Source: Azolla caroliniana (taxonomy: Eukaryota > Plantae > Polypodiophyta). Taken from it: a DNA stretch of 64,000 nt. A program made the position numbers and the translations under genes. The notes beneath the pieces are model-generated. The model was not told the DNA's origin. It worked only from the letters and a program-made list of their open reading frames with translations, and searched no databases. The DNA lies in the NCBI GenBank assembly GCA_043228905.1, contig JBHGNT010000012.1:9300001-9364000 (forward strand), in the 5' to 3' direction. Of the stretch, positions 27,407 through 39,660 are shown piece after piece; positions within the stretch are counted from its first letter, which is position 1; every line of letters starts with the position of its first letter.

Positions 27407-30400
27407 TCATTGTTCACCCAAATTGTCCAAAATACTTTGTTCCAGAGTTTCCACTTGTTCTTCCGGTTGTGGTTGTTGCGGCTGTGCTTGCTGCTGCTGC
27501 TGTGGTTGCGGTTGGGACTGAGGCTGCTCCGGCTGCTCCATAGGCGGCTGCTCCGTTTGTTTCTCTGACTCCTGCATCTCTATAGGCGGCTGCTCCGTTT
27601 GTTTCTCTGGCTCCGGCATCTCCGTTTGACTGCTTCCGGTCCGGTCTCCTTCCAGTAACGGTTCCTCATCACTGAGATTGACCGTTACTGGTTCTCGTAC
27701 TTTCTCTTCCCGGATCCGGGACCTCTCGTAGCTTTCAAACTGGATCTGCGCCTCTAGCCTGTCGTCGTCCAGCTGAGCTACAAGTTATCGGACTTGTCCT
27801 AGTTGGTCCTCTGCCAAGGCTTGAAAGTCTTCGGCCAGCTCATCTCTTATGCCGGTGAAGTCTTCGGAAGTCAGCATATAGCAATCCTCTCCCTCCTTCC
27901 GCCGGTTCTCTACGTCGGCCCGGAGCAATTGGAGTTCCGCCGCGTTCGTGGCCCACTTGGTCCACCATTTGACGGAACCGTTGTCAATCAAGCTCTTGGT
28001 CTGGTTCAACCAGGCCCGCATGATATCCTGGATGCGACTTGCTCCCATTTGCGCTCTACTTTCCACCACTTGTCGCTCCTCCTTCAACTGCTTGATGAGA
28101 TTAGCCGTATCCTCCGCCTGCTCTCTGTAGCGCGTCAGCTGTCCTTGATATGTTGTCTGCAGCCTCTGCAGTACCTCCGCCGCTCTTTCTTTTTCCGCCT
28201 GCTGTTGCCTGAGGAGCTCTGTCTGAACCTTCTCCGCCTCTTCCAACCGTCTTCTGCTTTCCGCTTGTTCCTTAGCGTAAGCCGTTGCGGTCCGATCAAC
28301 TGCTTGCCGGAGCTCATCCGTCCGTTCCTTGTGCTCCGTTTGCAATCGTTTATACTCCCGGTGCAAGTGCTCAAATTCCTCCGTTTTTTGTTTGAGCTTG
28401 CCGTTGATCTGGCGATGGTTCCGGTCCTCCCGGTCCTTTACCTGCCGGAGTTCCTCTTTCAGGCGCTCTACTTCTGTTTCGGCGTTTCTCCGGAGCCTGT
28501 CCTTCTCTTGCAGCATTTTCTCCTTTTCCTCCTTGAGCCGGTCGTACGCTTGGTGGCCTTTTCGTAAGCTCTCCTCGGCCCGGCGTAGATTCTCAGCAGT
28601 CTTTTTGAGTTCTGCCTCCGCTGCCGTCTTCAACTCTCTTTCGCGGCTCCTCAGCGCTTCTTGGGCAGCTAGCTCATCCTTTAAATCCGCAAGTTCTTGG
28701 GCTTGTGCCGCATTTCTCTCCGGAACGGTTTCCGTTGCCGGGGTCTGATTGCTATGTACAGGTTGATCTGACGCTTTATTCTGTACATTGCCCGGAGTCA
28801 CCGGTGCTTGGACTTGTGTTGTCAAAGCCAATTGAGCCATTTCCCTTGTGACCCTGTCCAAGTCTTGTTCAAGGCTCCGGATTCTGGACCGGGCCGTCTC
28901 TAGATCTACGGTTGTGACGAGCAACCGTTCGTTGTGCGCTCTCTCCTCCGCTTCTATGTACTCGACCGCTCCGGCGATCTGCTCGCCTCCCCCCGTAGCC
29001 ACATGCTACTGGTGCCTTGCTGCTGTACTGGTCGGGTCGGCTCGTTCACTGTGGAATTGTCTGGCCTGAGTGCCTGTATCTGCCGTTCTGGTTCTACTCC
29101 TTGGCCGCCGTGTGTGCTGGTTGGGCTCGCCGGCTGTTGAGTTCCGGTTCTCGCCGTCTCCGGAGCCGTTGGAATGACTTCTGGTATAGAAATCGACAAG
29201 GCCGGTTCTGTACGCACCGGTTCCGGTTCCTCCCTTGTGGTTTGCTTAGGTTGAGTTGGGGGCGTTTCTTCCTCTTGCGGGTACGAACGCTCCCCCGCTG
29301 TCCCGGCGGTCCTACTTCTTGACCGTCGTTGGAGGTGCTCTTCTGGCTCCTCCGTTTCCTCTTCCTGGGTAACGGCATGTTTCTGTGCGCTCAAGGGTTC
29401 CGGTTCCTTCTGTCCCGGTCGCCGTATGGTTATCTTAACGGGTCCCACCGGTGACACCTCCTCCGGTTCTGGGAGCCGTTTCTTCCCTTTCGTCGCCTTT
29501 GACACCAGTAGCTGTTGTCGTTTGGACGCGGGTTTCGAAGTGCTTCCTTCCGATAATCTTGGCCGCTTCTTTGGCTGAACGGTCTCGACCGGTGGCACGA
29601 GCAATGTTATCCACTGAGCTACGGCATGCCACAGCTTCCGGCCCTCCTTGCCGTCCTTCCCTCGTACCATGTCGATTGCCGCGCACAAACCGTCTGCAAT
29701 CAACACCGGCCAGTCCACCTTGATCCCTTCATAGGTGGCTATGATCATCCCTGCCCGATTTTTTGGCATGACAGGGGGTCGGGGGTACACGTGGCCGTAC
29801 TCATGGAGCACTCGAGCTATCTCCCTGAATAGCGGATCTTCGCCGCCCTGCGTTCGATAGCCTTTGCCGGCAACAGAGTACTCACCGAAATATCGGATGA
29901 GTTGCTCCGAGGTTGGGTTATCAATCTGAAAAATACCTCCCTCCGGAAGGCCTGTTAGCGCACGGATCGCTTCCTCGGTGATGACTTCCGTGTCGAGCTC
30001 CTTGATGACCCGGTCGGCTTCTTTGTGCGGTGGTGCCTCCATAATGGTCAAGAACCCATCCAGTCCGTGTTGCCTGAACCATTTCCTGGCCGCTTCCGAC
30101 AGCGTTTGTGGTTCCATGTCTGCTTCGAGGTCGAGGAAAGATGGCGAGGTAGAGTGGTGATGAGAGTGAGAGCGAGAGAGAGAGCGTTCTGAACGCGGGG
30201 GTTCTCTGAGTGCAGGTTCGCGTTTGCTAAGCTTCCACTGCCTTGGTGCTTCTGTGCTTCTTGGCTCGCGAAAAAAAAAGGTCTCCATGCGTTCTTCCTT
30301 TTCTCTGTGCGTCTTGGCGCCTTTTTCGAGCATGCGCACGTCGTGTACCAATTTAGTATTAAGTAATGTGGCGGCTCTTAAATGCCCACTACGTACCTTT

Positions 30401-30417
30401 TCGCTCCTTGCTTTCAC
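27407..30417 (-). CDS. B extra ORF in the env position, ~1000 codons, one frameshift (~28990) and one in-frame TAA (27785); function unknown
   Basis: ORFs of 487 aa and 405 aa overlap. 27407-27619 is in frame with the 405-aa ORF. Globular N-terminal part, E/P-rich linker, long heptad-like coiled coil, Q/P tail. Start codon uncertain. Confidence 0.8.
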
Positions 30418-30487
30418 GTCCGTTCATTCCTCGATTTTTAATGATTTTTTTTTTTTTTTTTTTTTTTTTAAATGACGGTGTGTGCTC

Positions 30488-33400
30488 TTACACATCCGTA
30501 GGTCCCTTCGGACCCTTACCGTTTTCCTTACGGGTTGCCGTGCCTTCCTTCGCCTCTGCTACGGGTTCCCCGTCGTCTTTTTCTTCTATGCGTACCGTTC
30601 CCGGTATAGTGCCGGTGGGCTGCATAAACGGGTTATTTGGCATTGGTCCTTTATAGGGCTTTAGTCTAAATCCGTTGACCCACTTGCCTAGTACTTCACC
30701 GGCAAGTGTCCCTAACTGATAGGACCTGTTGTATTCCCGTGTCAGCCAATACGGGCCTGTCCATCTAAACCGGAGTTTACCCGGCATCTTGCCCATCCTC
30801 GTTTGGAATACCAGCACCGGCTTTCCGATTTCAAACATCTTTTCATTACCTTTCCGGTGACGGTCAACGAACGCTTTCCGTCGTCGTTGCTCCAGTTCCA
30901 AGTGTAGGATGCTGGCCAGCCGTTGCTCCTCCAGTTCGCATAGTGCTGCTAGCCGCATTTCCTCCGACTCCTTTTCATTCAGCCGTTCCCGTAGTTGGAT
31001 CCGTAAGCTTGGTACCTGAAATTCCACCGGCATGACCGCCTCTAAGCCGAACGCTAGCCGGAACGGCGTTGTCCGGATACTTGTTTTGTATGCCGTTCGG
31101 TACGCCCATAGCGCGCTATGGAGCTTTGTATCCCAGTCCGTCCGGTTTTCATTGACGATTTTGCGGAGAATGTTCTGGAGCGTTTTGTTGGTTGACTCTG
31201 CTAACCCGTTCGCTTGTGGGTAGTACGGTGTGCTCCGTTTATGGATCACGGCATAGAACGTTGTTAAGCTTTCCACTACCTGGCCGAGGAAGTGCCCTCC
31301 TTGGTCGCTGATTAATTCAATCGGACATCCATATCGGCACCAAATGTTCTCGTACAGGAATTTTGTTGTGGATGACGCGGTATTGTCTCTCAAGGCCTTA
31401 GCCTCCACCCATTTAGTGCAATAATCTGTTGCCACGATGACATAACGATTACCCGTTCTCATTGCCGGTGGCTTGAACGGTCCGACAAAATCCAACCCCC
31501 ACTTCTGGAATGGCTCTAGTGGAAGTACCGGTTGGTGTGGCATCCGTGCTTGCTCCGTCGGCTGGCCCATTCGTTGGCATAGGTCACATTCCTTAGCATA
31601 CTTGACGGCGTCTTTTAACGTCGTGGGCCACCATAAGCCGCTCTGCCATACTTTCCTTGCCGTCGCTTCCCCGGCATAGTGTCCTCCGACAACCCCACAG
31701 TGTGCTTCCCGTAAGATTACTTGTTTCTCGTCACTACGGACTGCCCGTCTCCATATTCCATCTGCTCCTTTGTGGTAGAGAGTGTCCCGTAACAGACAGA
31801 AATTGCGGCTCTGTACCGCCAGTCGTTTCCTCTCGTCCCGGTTCATTTCCTCCGGTGGCAGGCCCGTGCTTAGGAACTGGTGCATGTTTGTCAGCCACCT
31901 ATCTTCTGATGCCACCGTGTCGTCCGCTGCCGTTTCCGGGGTGATACGGAATAACTCTGCGTCCGGGAATTCATCCGATACTCCGTCGCCTGATTCTCCG
32001 GACTCTAACCGGCTCAAGTAGTCTGCTACGGCATGCTGGATACCGGGCCGGTGGAAAATCTCGAATTCGAACTCCTGCAACAGCAAGGTCCAACGGGCCA
32101 ACTTACCGGTCAAGGACGCCTTGGATACTAAGTACAGGAGCGCCGAGTGATCCACATGGAAGGAGAACTTCCTTCCCAATAGGTAATGACGAAACTTTGT
32201 TACACTGTAGATCATGCCCAGGGCCTCCCGTTCCGTCGTTGAATAGTTCTTCTCTGCTTGGGACAGCTTCCGGCTGGCGTAATATACCGGTTGGTACCAT
32301 TTAGGCTCCGTAAGTTGCATTAAGGCGCTGCCGATAGCGATGTCGGAAGCGTCAACGAACACATGAAATTCCTTGCTCCAATCCGGAGGCTGCACGACGG
32401 GTGCTTGCGACAAAAGTACCTTCAGGGCATTGTATGCCTTATCCTCCGTATCCGTCCATTGGAACGGTGTCCGATGTACCGCGGTGTGTAATGGTGTAGC
32501 CAAGTCAGCCAAGTGACGGAGCATCCGGCTGTGCCACCGGATCTGTCCTAAGAATCGGCTTAGTGCTTTGGCCGTTTTCGGCGCCGGTGCCCCTAGTATC
32601 GCGTTTACTTTGTCCGGGTCGACCGCAATGCCCTCCTTACTTACAATGTGTCCCAGTAAGATTCCACTTGAAACCCCAAAGATGCATTTTGCTGGGTTTA
32701 AGCTTAGCCGGTATAACCTACATTTTTCAAGGCATAACCGTAGGTGCTGCAAATGGTCTTTTCCCCGGCTATAGACTGCAAAATCATCCAGGAAAACCTG
32801 CATGAAGGCAGGAATGTATTCGCCGAAGATCTCCATGATGATTCGCTGGAAAGTTGTTGGTGCCGTTTTAGGCCGAACATCATTACTTCGGCCACAAACA
32901 CCCCCCATTCGGTGACGAACGCTGTCTTCTCCTGGTCGTCAGGGTGCATCCGGATTTGATTGTATCCGCTGAACCCGTCTAAAAAACTATAAACTTCATG
33001 GCCGGCGACGGCATCCAGTACTCCATCCGTGAACGGAAGAGGGAATGCATCCGTAATTGTGGCTGCATTTAGTTTCCTGTAATCTACACACACGCGGATT
33101 TTACCGTTCTTCTTTGGGACGACGACGATGGGGCTCAGCCACGTCGCTTTCTTTACCGGCCGGATGAAGCCCACTCTCAGGAGTTTGTCGATTTCCTCCT
33201 TCACTTTGGTGGCGTAGTTGGGGTTCATTCGGTATCGTCTTTGCGCCACTGGTTTCGCGTCCTTGCCTAAGTGGATCTGATGCTGATATAATTGAGGGTC
33301 CAGCCCTCGCATGTCTTCGTATGACCAGGCGAATACGTCGCGAAACTCCGTGAGAAGTTTGATCATCGCCGCTTTATCTTCTGGCTTCATTTCTTTGGCG

Positions 33401-36362
33401 ATGTGTACCGGCTTTGATTCGTCCTTACTTCCTAGGTTCACTTCGTCGAGCTGGGATGTTTTTACCCGTTGGGAAACGGCCATTTCCCGTTCCAACGCTT
33501 CCTGTGCCTGCCGTAATTCCCGAATCGAATCTTTGTCTGGTTCGGCTTCGGTGTCGTCCCGCTGCGGCAAGTATGGCGCTACGGCTTCAGCTACGTCAAT
33601 CTCGAAGAGTGGTACGATCTTCGGGTGTTCCTCCAAGTACTGGGCTTCTTCGTCGTCTGCCAACCCTTCAAGCATGTTCACGCATTCCGCATACAGTGGT
33701 GTGCATTCCTTACCGTTGCTCGTCCGTGGTTGTGTCGGTACCCGGACCTTGGCTTTTCCGCGCCGGAAGGTAATCATATTTTTCCGCCAATTTTGCTTGA
33801 TGTGTGTTGTTTTCAACCATGGTCTGCCCAGCAACAGTGGGTACGCGCCTTGCGCCTGTAGCTGCAGCACTACAGCCGAGATGTGAAATGTGTGACCTCC
33901 TATGGTGACCTCCAATTTCCGTATTAAGCCCGTCGGCCGTACAGAGCTCGTATCCGCCATCCGTAGCCAGAACGGACATGGCTCCCATTCATGTATACCC
34001 AAGGCATCACACGTGCGGAGGCTTATTACGTTCACCCCGGAACCTCCATCGATTACGGTGCCGGGAAGTTCGTGCCCTTTGACAATAGCTGTAATCACCG
34101 GACTACTAGTGTCCACCACCGTCGGTCCCTCCTCCGGATTCGAGAAGAGGACTGGTGCCGGTGGGGCTATACCGTCTGTCATGACCGTTTTTAGTCCTTC
34201 CGTAAATCGCGGCACGAGCTGCAAGAGTCTTCCTAATGGCAACGTGATCTGACATTCTTGCAGTGCTTGCCATGTCTCATTTTCTGCGTGGCTACCGCCG
34301 GCACTCCCTATGGTATTCGCCTTTTGCCGTTCCGCATCCGCGACGTTCCTTTCATTGGCTTCCTTCACCCATTCCGTCGCCTGTTTTCGTATGGCCTCTT
34401 GTGTTTCCCACTCTTTGGCCATGCCTTTCGACCGTGTGGTTACTTGCTGTAAATCCGCCACTTCCGGAACCACCATATTAACTGCTGGTCGTTTATCGTA
34501 GCTCTTTGCCGGGCACTGGTTACTGTAGTGGCCTTCCTGTTTGCAGTAGTAGCAGTACTCTTTACGGGTATTGCTGGATTCAGCATTGCTGGTAGCCGGA
34601 GTCGGTCCCGTAGTGAGTGGTGCGTTCTGTGCCGGTTGGCTCCTTGGGGTTCCATGTTCCGGGTCCCTAGGGTGACCACCTTTCTTGAAATTACGTTTCT
34701 TATTATTCTTATTTTTATTTCGGTAGTCCTGTCGTGGTGGGTCGTAAAATCGGCCGTAGTCCTCCTGGTGCCTTCGGTAACCAGGGGAATGGTCTCTGTC
34801 GTATTGCTCGTGTCGTCTGTTGGACTCCCGATAACGGTCCGATCGCTCATACCGGTCGTAGTTATCATGCCGATTCCCGTGCCGGCCATCATTCTCTTGT
34901 CTGTCTCCGTACCGGACATCCTGTGCCGGTCGGTACCGGTTCATTCTTTGCCAACGATCGTCATCTTCGTCTCGGCTGCTTCTTGGCTCGATCCGTCGGA
35001 CGGGTGGTGCTTGTCGGTTTAACAGGTTATACTCGCACCGGTCCGTTGTATGACTCTTGGATTGACAAATCACACACTGGGTTCGCATGGTGCATTCCAC
35101 TGCCGAGTGTCCGGCATTCAAGCAGATTGTGCATTGAATTGCCTGCCGGAACCGGAGATCTTCCTCGGTGGGTAGCGCCCGTTGCAGTGTTCCCAGTGTC
35201 AGCCATGAGCTTGACTTTTCCATTTCTCTGACCCGGTCAATGACCTGGTCAATGGTGCTTCCTCGAAAGTCGATTACCGTACACACCGTGCGTAACGGTT
35301 CCCGGAGTGCGTTTAAAAATATCGTCTGTAATTCCTCCTCCGGGGGTGCACGGGCAAGCTGGCTATGCATTCGTTGGAAACGGATGACGAATTGCGGAAT
35401 GCTTTCCCCTGCCTCCTGTTGGATCGTATAAAACAGGCCCACCATTGTCGTTTGGTCGACCTCCTTGTGGAAAAATTGCAAGAATTTCGCTTTTAATTCT
35501 GCAAAGGTTGTGATGGTCGCCGGGTCCTGCGTCCGCCGCCATCGTGTTGCTTTGCTGGTCCTTCCAACGTGACCCCGAATTTCGCTATCTTCGAGCGTTC
35601 TTCTTCCTCCGGTGTCATTCGCTGGGACGTGTGATTTGCTTCCCATGTCTGCTCGAAGGCATGAACATGCGCTTCCGCGTCCGGATCATCGCGATACTTT
35701 GAGTATTGGAACGGCATGTCGTCGTCCAGTATTAGGCCGCGGTTTAGTGGCGTTTGTTGATATCTTTCCGGTTTCCTCTCCGGTTCCACTTCCGGTTCTT
35801 TTGCCGGTGCTTCTTCCGGTTCCTTTTCCGGTTCTTTTTCCGGTTCTTTCACCGGCTCTTCTTCCGGTACCTTTGCCGGCTCTTTCGTTGGTGTCGGTGG
35901 CTTTGTTTCTTCCACTTCCGGTGTTGGTGGGTTGACGGCTTCCGTTTGCGGTTCCGGATAGCCCTGGTCGAACGGTTCCGGTTCTGGAGTGGGCACGGTA
36001 TCCGACCCGTCGTCCTCCGGGCCGCCGGGGGTATCGTTGCTGCTCCGGTAGTTCGTGTGCACGCTGTATCCCCCTTCGGAATCCGATTCGTAGGCTGAAA
36101 AGGCTTCTGCCTCGTTTTCTCCGCTTGCCAGCGCCTCGAGGAGGCGTTCGGTTTCCCGGAGACTACTTAGACTGCTTCCGTCGTCCTGGTCGCGAGTTTG
36201 TTGTAACCGAAGAGATTCCTCCGTGACTCTCCGGATCTCGTTGGAGAACGAACGATCCGAGCGAATTTCGTGCGCTGCTTGCTGGAAAGTCTCACGCCGT
36301 CTTTGTCGTTCGGCGAGGCGTCGAGCTCGGTCTGTAACCAGGTCGTGCGTTGGTCTCGTCAT
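30488..36362 (-). pseudogene. pol: B gag-pol, with frameshifts at ~35550 and ~32865
   Basis: Three CCHC knuckles, PR VIDGGSGVNVI, RT FLDGFSGYNQ/FLDDF, RNase H FVDASD, IN WGLDFVGP...LISDQG...GLAES, GPY motif. No chromodomain. Confidence 0.95.
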
Positions 36363-38400
36363 CCATTAAGCCGTCGTTCGCTGCGCGAAAGCAGGAATCG
36401 TGGTCGCCAAAACTGTGTTATTCTCTGACCGGACAAGGCCTAACACAAGGTGTCACGGAGACACTTCACCAAAGGGTGATTACGGCATAGGATTAAGATT
36501 CAACGATTACACCGACTTACGTAGGTTACACGATTAGAGTGCTTTAGTTAATTACACGCGTAAGATATAACAGTAATTACAGAACGGAAATCAACACAGA
36601 AGTATAAACACCATATGCTCTATTAATTATCCGCTGCGATTACAATGGGGTCCGGGCCTTTAAATAGGTTTCCGGCCCGTAGTACAAAACGGTGCCTATC
36701 GCACCTATCCGGGATCCGTCCGGATCTGGAACGGCATACCGTTTCCAGTCCGTCCGTCCACACTATTCTTATTTACAACCATACTTAATTAATTCCTTCA
36801 CTCCGTATTTTGGACTTCTTGCCGGCCGGTAACAGATCTCTAATAACAACTCACCGGCAATGTCAGATACCATGTTCACTTCTTCCCGGCAGATCCAGGC
36901 ATGCATGAGGCACAAGGTGTTGATCTTTCGGGCTCGGGCCACGATCAAGCTTCCTTTGTTGAATTTCATGACTCCATTCTAGATGCTACCCATGTAGCCT
37001 TCATCATCCAGTCGACCGCCTGATATCAAGTTCAACCGAATCTCTAGAATGTGTAAGACATCTTTCAACCGGAGCTTGCACCCGGTTGACATAGTCAGCC
37101 ATACGTCTCCTATGCCGACAATTCGACATGTTCTCCATCCGTACACAACCATGCTTTGTAAGATGAGAAGCATTTCCGATTAGGGGCTAGATGGAACGAT
37201 GCTCCAGAGTCGACCACTGACATCATTTCGTTGCTTTCAAGATGCAACTCACTCTCCTCGGTGATTAGCAATAGTTTCTCTTCACTTGTCCCAATTGCCG
37301 ACGTTAGTTTTCTCTCCGAAATCTTCTTTAGTTCTGGATTTTCATCTCCCCCTTTGGCTTTCCGGAAGTGTCAGAAATTCTTCTAGAAGTGTCCCAACTT
37401 TTCGCAATAAAAGCAACTGGGCCTCTCTCTTGACTTCGACCTCATCCCCGACTTCTCCCGGTTCTGGGGACTTCGATTCCGGCCTCTTCCCCGGTTATTG
37501 TTGTCTTCCGTGACTAGGGATTTCGGGTTGGTTCTAAACTCCCGATCCTTCCGGCAAGCTTCTTTGTTTAGCAAACTTGACTTCACTCTCACCAGGGATA
37601 AGTTCTTTCCTTCCAGTCCGGCATTGCCCAGAGTGACAACCAACGTCTCCCAGCTATCTGGACAGGATCCAAGCAATAACATTGCCAGTACCTCGTTGGC
37701 TAACGGTACTTCGAGCAAGGTAGTTTGGTTTATCAGCCCTTGGAATTTCTTCATATGCTCTGCCATGCTGGCGTCGTCTTGATACCGGAGCCTCACTATC
37801 TTCCAGAATACCGAGACCCGATTTACGACATTCTTGTTCTCCCACATCGTGCCAATATTCTCTTAGAGCTCATTGGCCTTGTTCTCTTCATTAAAGTTAT
37901 TGTACGGGCTCATGTCGATGAAGAATCGAATGTATACCGTCATTTTCATTTACATTACCTCTGAGGTCGCGTCATCGATCTTGTCCGGTCTTTTGTCCCC
38001 AAACTGTACCAGCAGCCAAAGATCTTTTACCACTAACATGTCCCTCATCTTCGACTTCCACACTAGGTAGTTGGAGTTGGTGAGCTTGACCATGCTACTG
38101 AATGACTCTTCCATTTTTCTTTCCTTTGTTGTTTGCTCATATACTAGTTTGTACGGAATAGTGTTGGGGCACAACCGAGTCTCAATCGCTCTATGGAAGA
38201 AACATAACAGAAATAAAGATTAATGCACTTACACAGAATGAGACGACTTAGTATGTTTACGTGGAAAACCTCTTGAGGCAAAACCATGGGAGTTTGCAAA
38301 CTCTGAACAATAGGGCAGAGGTAGTATAATGTGAGACTCAAAGGCAACAACCTCGAGCTCTGTATTCGCCAGCCGGTGATTACAACAAAAAAGCTTTATG

Positions 38401-38434
<34 letters not shown>

Positions 38435-38750
38435 CAACAATAATGATAACAACAACTACTACCATATTTGCCCTTAGTTATATTTATACTTATATAACTT
38501 ATGGGCTATTTACGAATGTGGCCTCAACGGCCCATAAGAAACATATTACAAATTTGTCTTCCTTCACGGTTCATACCGGATCTGGCCGGACCCCTTCCGG
38601 GTCCATTCGATCCGGTTTCCAGATATTCTTCTGGTCATTCCGACCCAGTTCACGTGCTTCTCCGTCTTCTCCTATCTCCATTTGGAGGGACCGATATCTC
38701 AACATGTGGAGACTTGTTGATGATAATCTCATTACAATGGTGTAGAACGT

Positions 38751-39660
38751 TGTTGCGAAATTTCGCATGCGTGTGTCCCTTGAACGGGATCGCCGGGGCC
38801 TTGGACCAGGGAGACAAAAGTAGAGAGGAAGCCAGAGATTAAGACAAAGACATGGGGAAATATGTAACATAAGTTTTGATATAAATTGGGGTTTTTGTTT
38901 TTATTTTTTTACAATTGTTAGGATTGACACCATGATTTCGGTGGTTATTACAATAATCGGTTATAAATAAACCAAAGGGGCTAAAATAAACCAGCGAAGG
39001 CGAGTCTAGTGGGCTCCGAGCTTGACTACTTCCCACGACTATGTTGCCTCGATTCGGAGTAGTTCTCGTGCCACTACAACCTCCCTTACGCCACCGGCCA
39101 CCAATTTGACTACCACCGAGATGCCGAAGAAGCCATTGTGGAAGGAATCCAAGCCCTAAACTCTCTTGAATAAGAAGTAGAATAGAATCTAAACTCATAA
39201 GCCCTAAAAACCTAAGTCCTCTAGTATGTTGAGGAGAAAAGAAGAAGCTCTCAAACCCTAACCCTAGAAGGAAAAGATGAAAGAGAAAGGGATAAGGAGA
39301 AAGGGAGGCTATAAAACCCTAACCCTAGAAGAAGAGGAGAAGAAGATGAAACCCTAGTGGTACACCCCTAAGCCAAAATGGACAACCCCCAAATAAGCCC
39401 TATCGCTCTCTTATAGAGGAAAGAGCTTATTTTAACATTACATGCTTTTTATTTCCATTGTCACAAAAAAGGAAGGGTACAAGGAAGGGTAACAAAATAC
39501 TCATTGGTTTGCACGAAGAGAGATCTCTATATATACTTATTAGGCCTAACCACTAGGCTACTATAAATTGTCTATTATTGTTATTTTTCATTTATATATG
39601 ACTTTATGAGATGTGTGTGGAACCTCGCTTTTTCTCACAGTGCACACGCCACACCACGAA
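38751..39660. mobile_element. Possible old solo LTR related to the D/E/F LTR ends
   Basis: Starts TGTTGCGAAA...CGGGATCGCCGGGGCC, like TGTCGTGAAG...CGGAACCGCCGGGG. Ends near CACCACGA. No TSD found. Confidence 0.4.

Larger units (their letters stand above)
26936..36834 (-). mobile_element. Young non-chromovirus Gypsy element B with an extra 3' ORF
   Basis: 419-bp LTRs 26936-27354 and 36416-36834 (TGTTA...TAACA, two differences seen). Perfect TSD GATCT. PBS TGGCGACCACG (tRNA-Arg-like, by recall) after a ~5-nt spacer. Confidence 0.97.
19642..36845 (+). mobile_element. Chromovirus Gypsy copy A3; its 3' LTR is interrupted by B
   Basis: 5' LTR 19642-20096, PBS 20099-20110, PPT before 26487. 3' LTR is 26487-26935 plus 36840-36845. 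TSD ACAGC/ACAAC. Flanks rejoin as Copia DIAGELWHK. Confidence 0.96.
16370..38704 (-). mobile_element. Tnt1-like Copia element C2, old and decayed, interrupted by A3 and B
   Basis: Diverged LTRs 16370-16944 and 38150-38704. PPT GGAGTGAAGGGGAAGA next to 16944. Degenerate PBS at ~38135-38146. gag from 38114 (KLTNSNYLVWK), CCHC CFYCEKLGH, IN (PKTPELNGLAE), RT (LLYMDDMLI), RNase H. TSD imperfect. Confidence 0.93.
16310..38745 (+). pseudogene. Copia relic C3; only 16310-16369 and 38705-38745 remain, split by C2
   Basis: Joined flanks read DIVGELWHKRLCHMSEKGM|WRLVDDNLI, a GAG-pre-integrase motif matching that of C2. Confidence 0.8.

Noticed and set aside
27785-29002. Captured host myosin/SMC-like gene, or a true envelope gene
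   Set aside because: The composition is generic coiled coil, with no ATPase, transmembrane or signal motifs. It is continuous with the extra ORF of the element.
32855-35560. Programmed frameshifts in B gag-pol
   Set aside because: Both breaks fall inside conserved domains (capsid and RT MMFGLK-TAP) and look like single-base indels. There is no second copy to support programming.
39200-39360. Interstitial telomere repeats
   Set aside because: Only scattered AAACCCTA telo-box-like motifs, not a tandem array.
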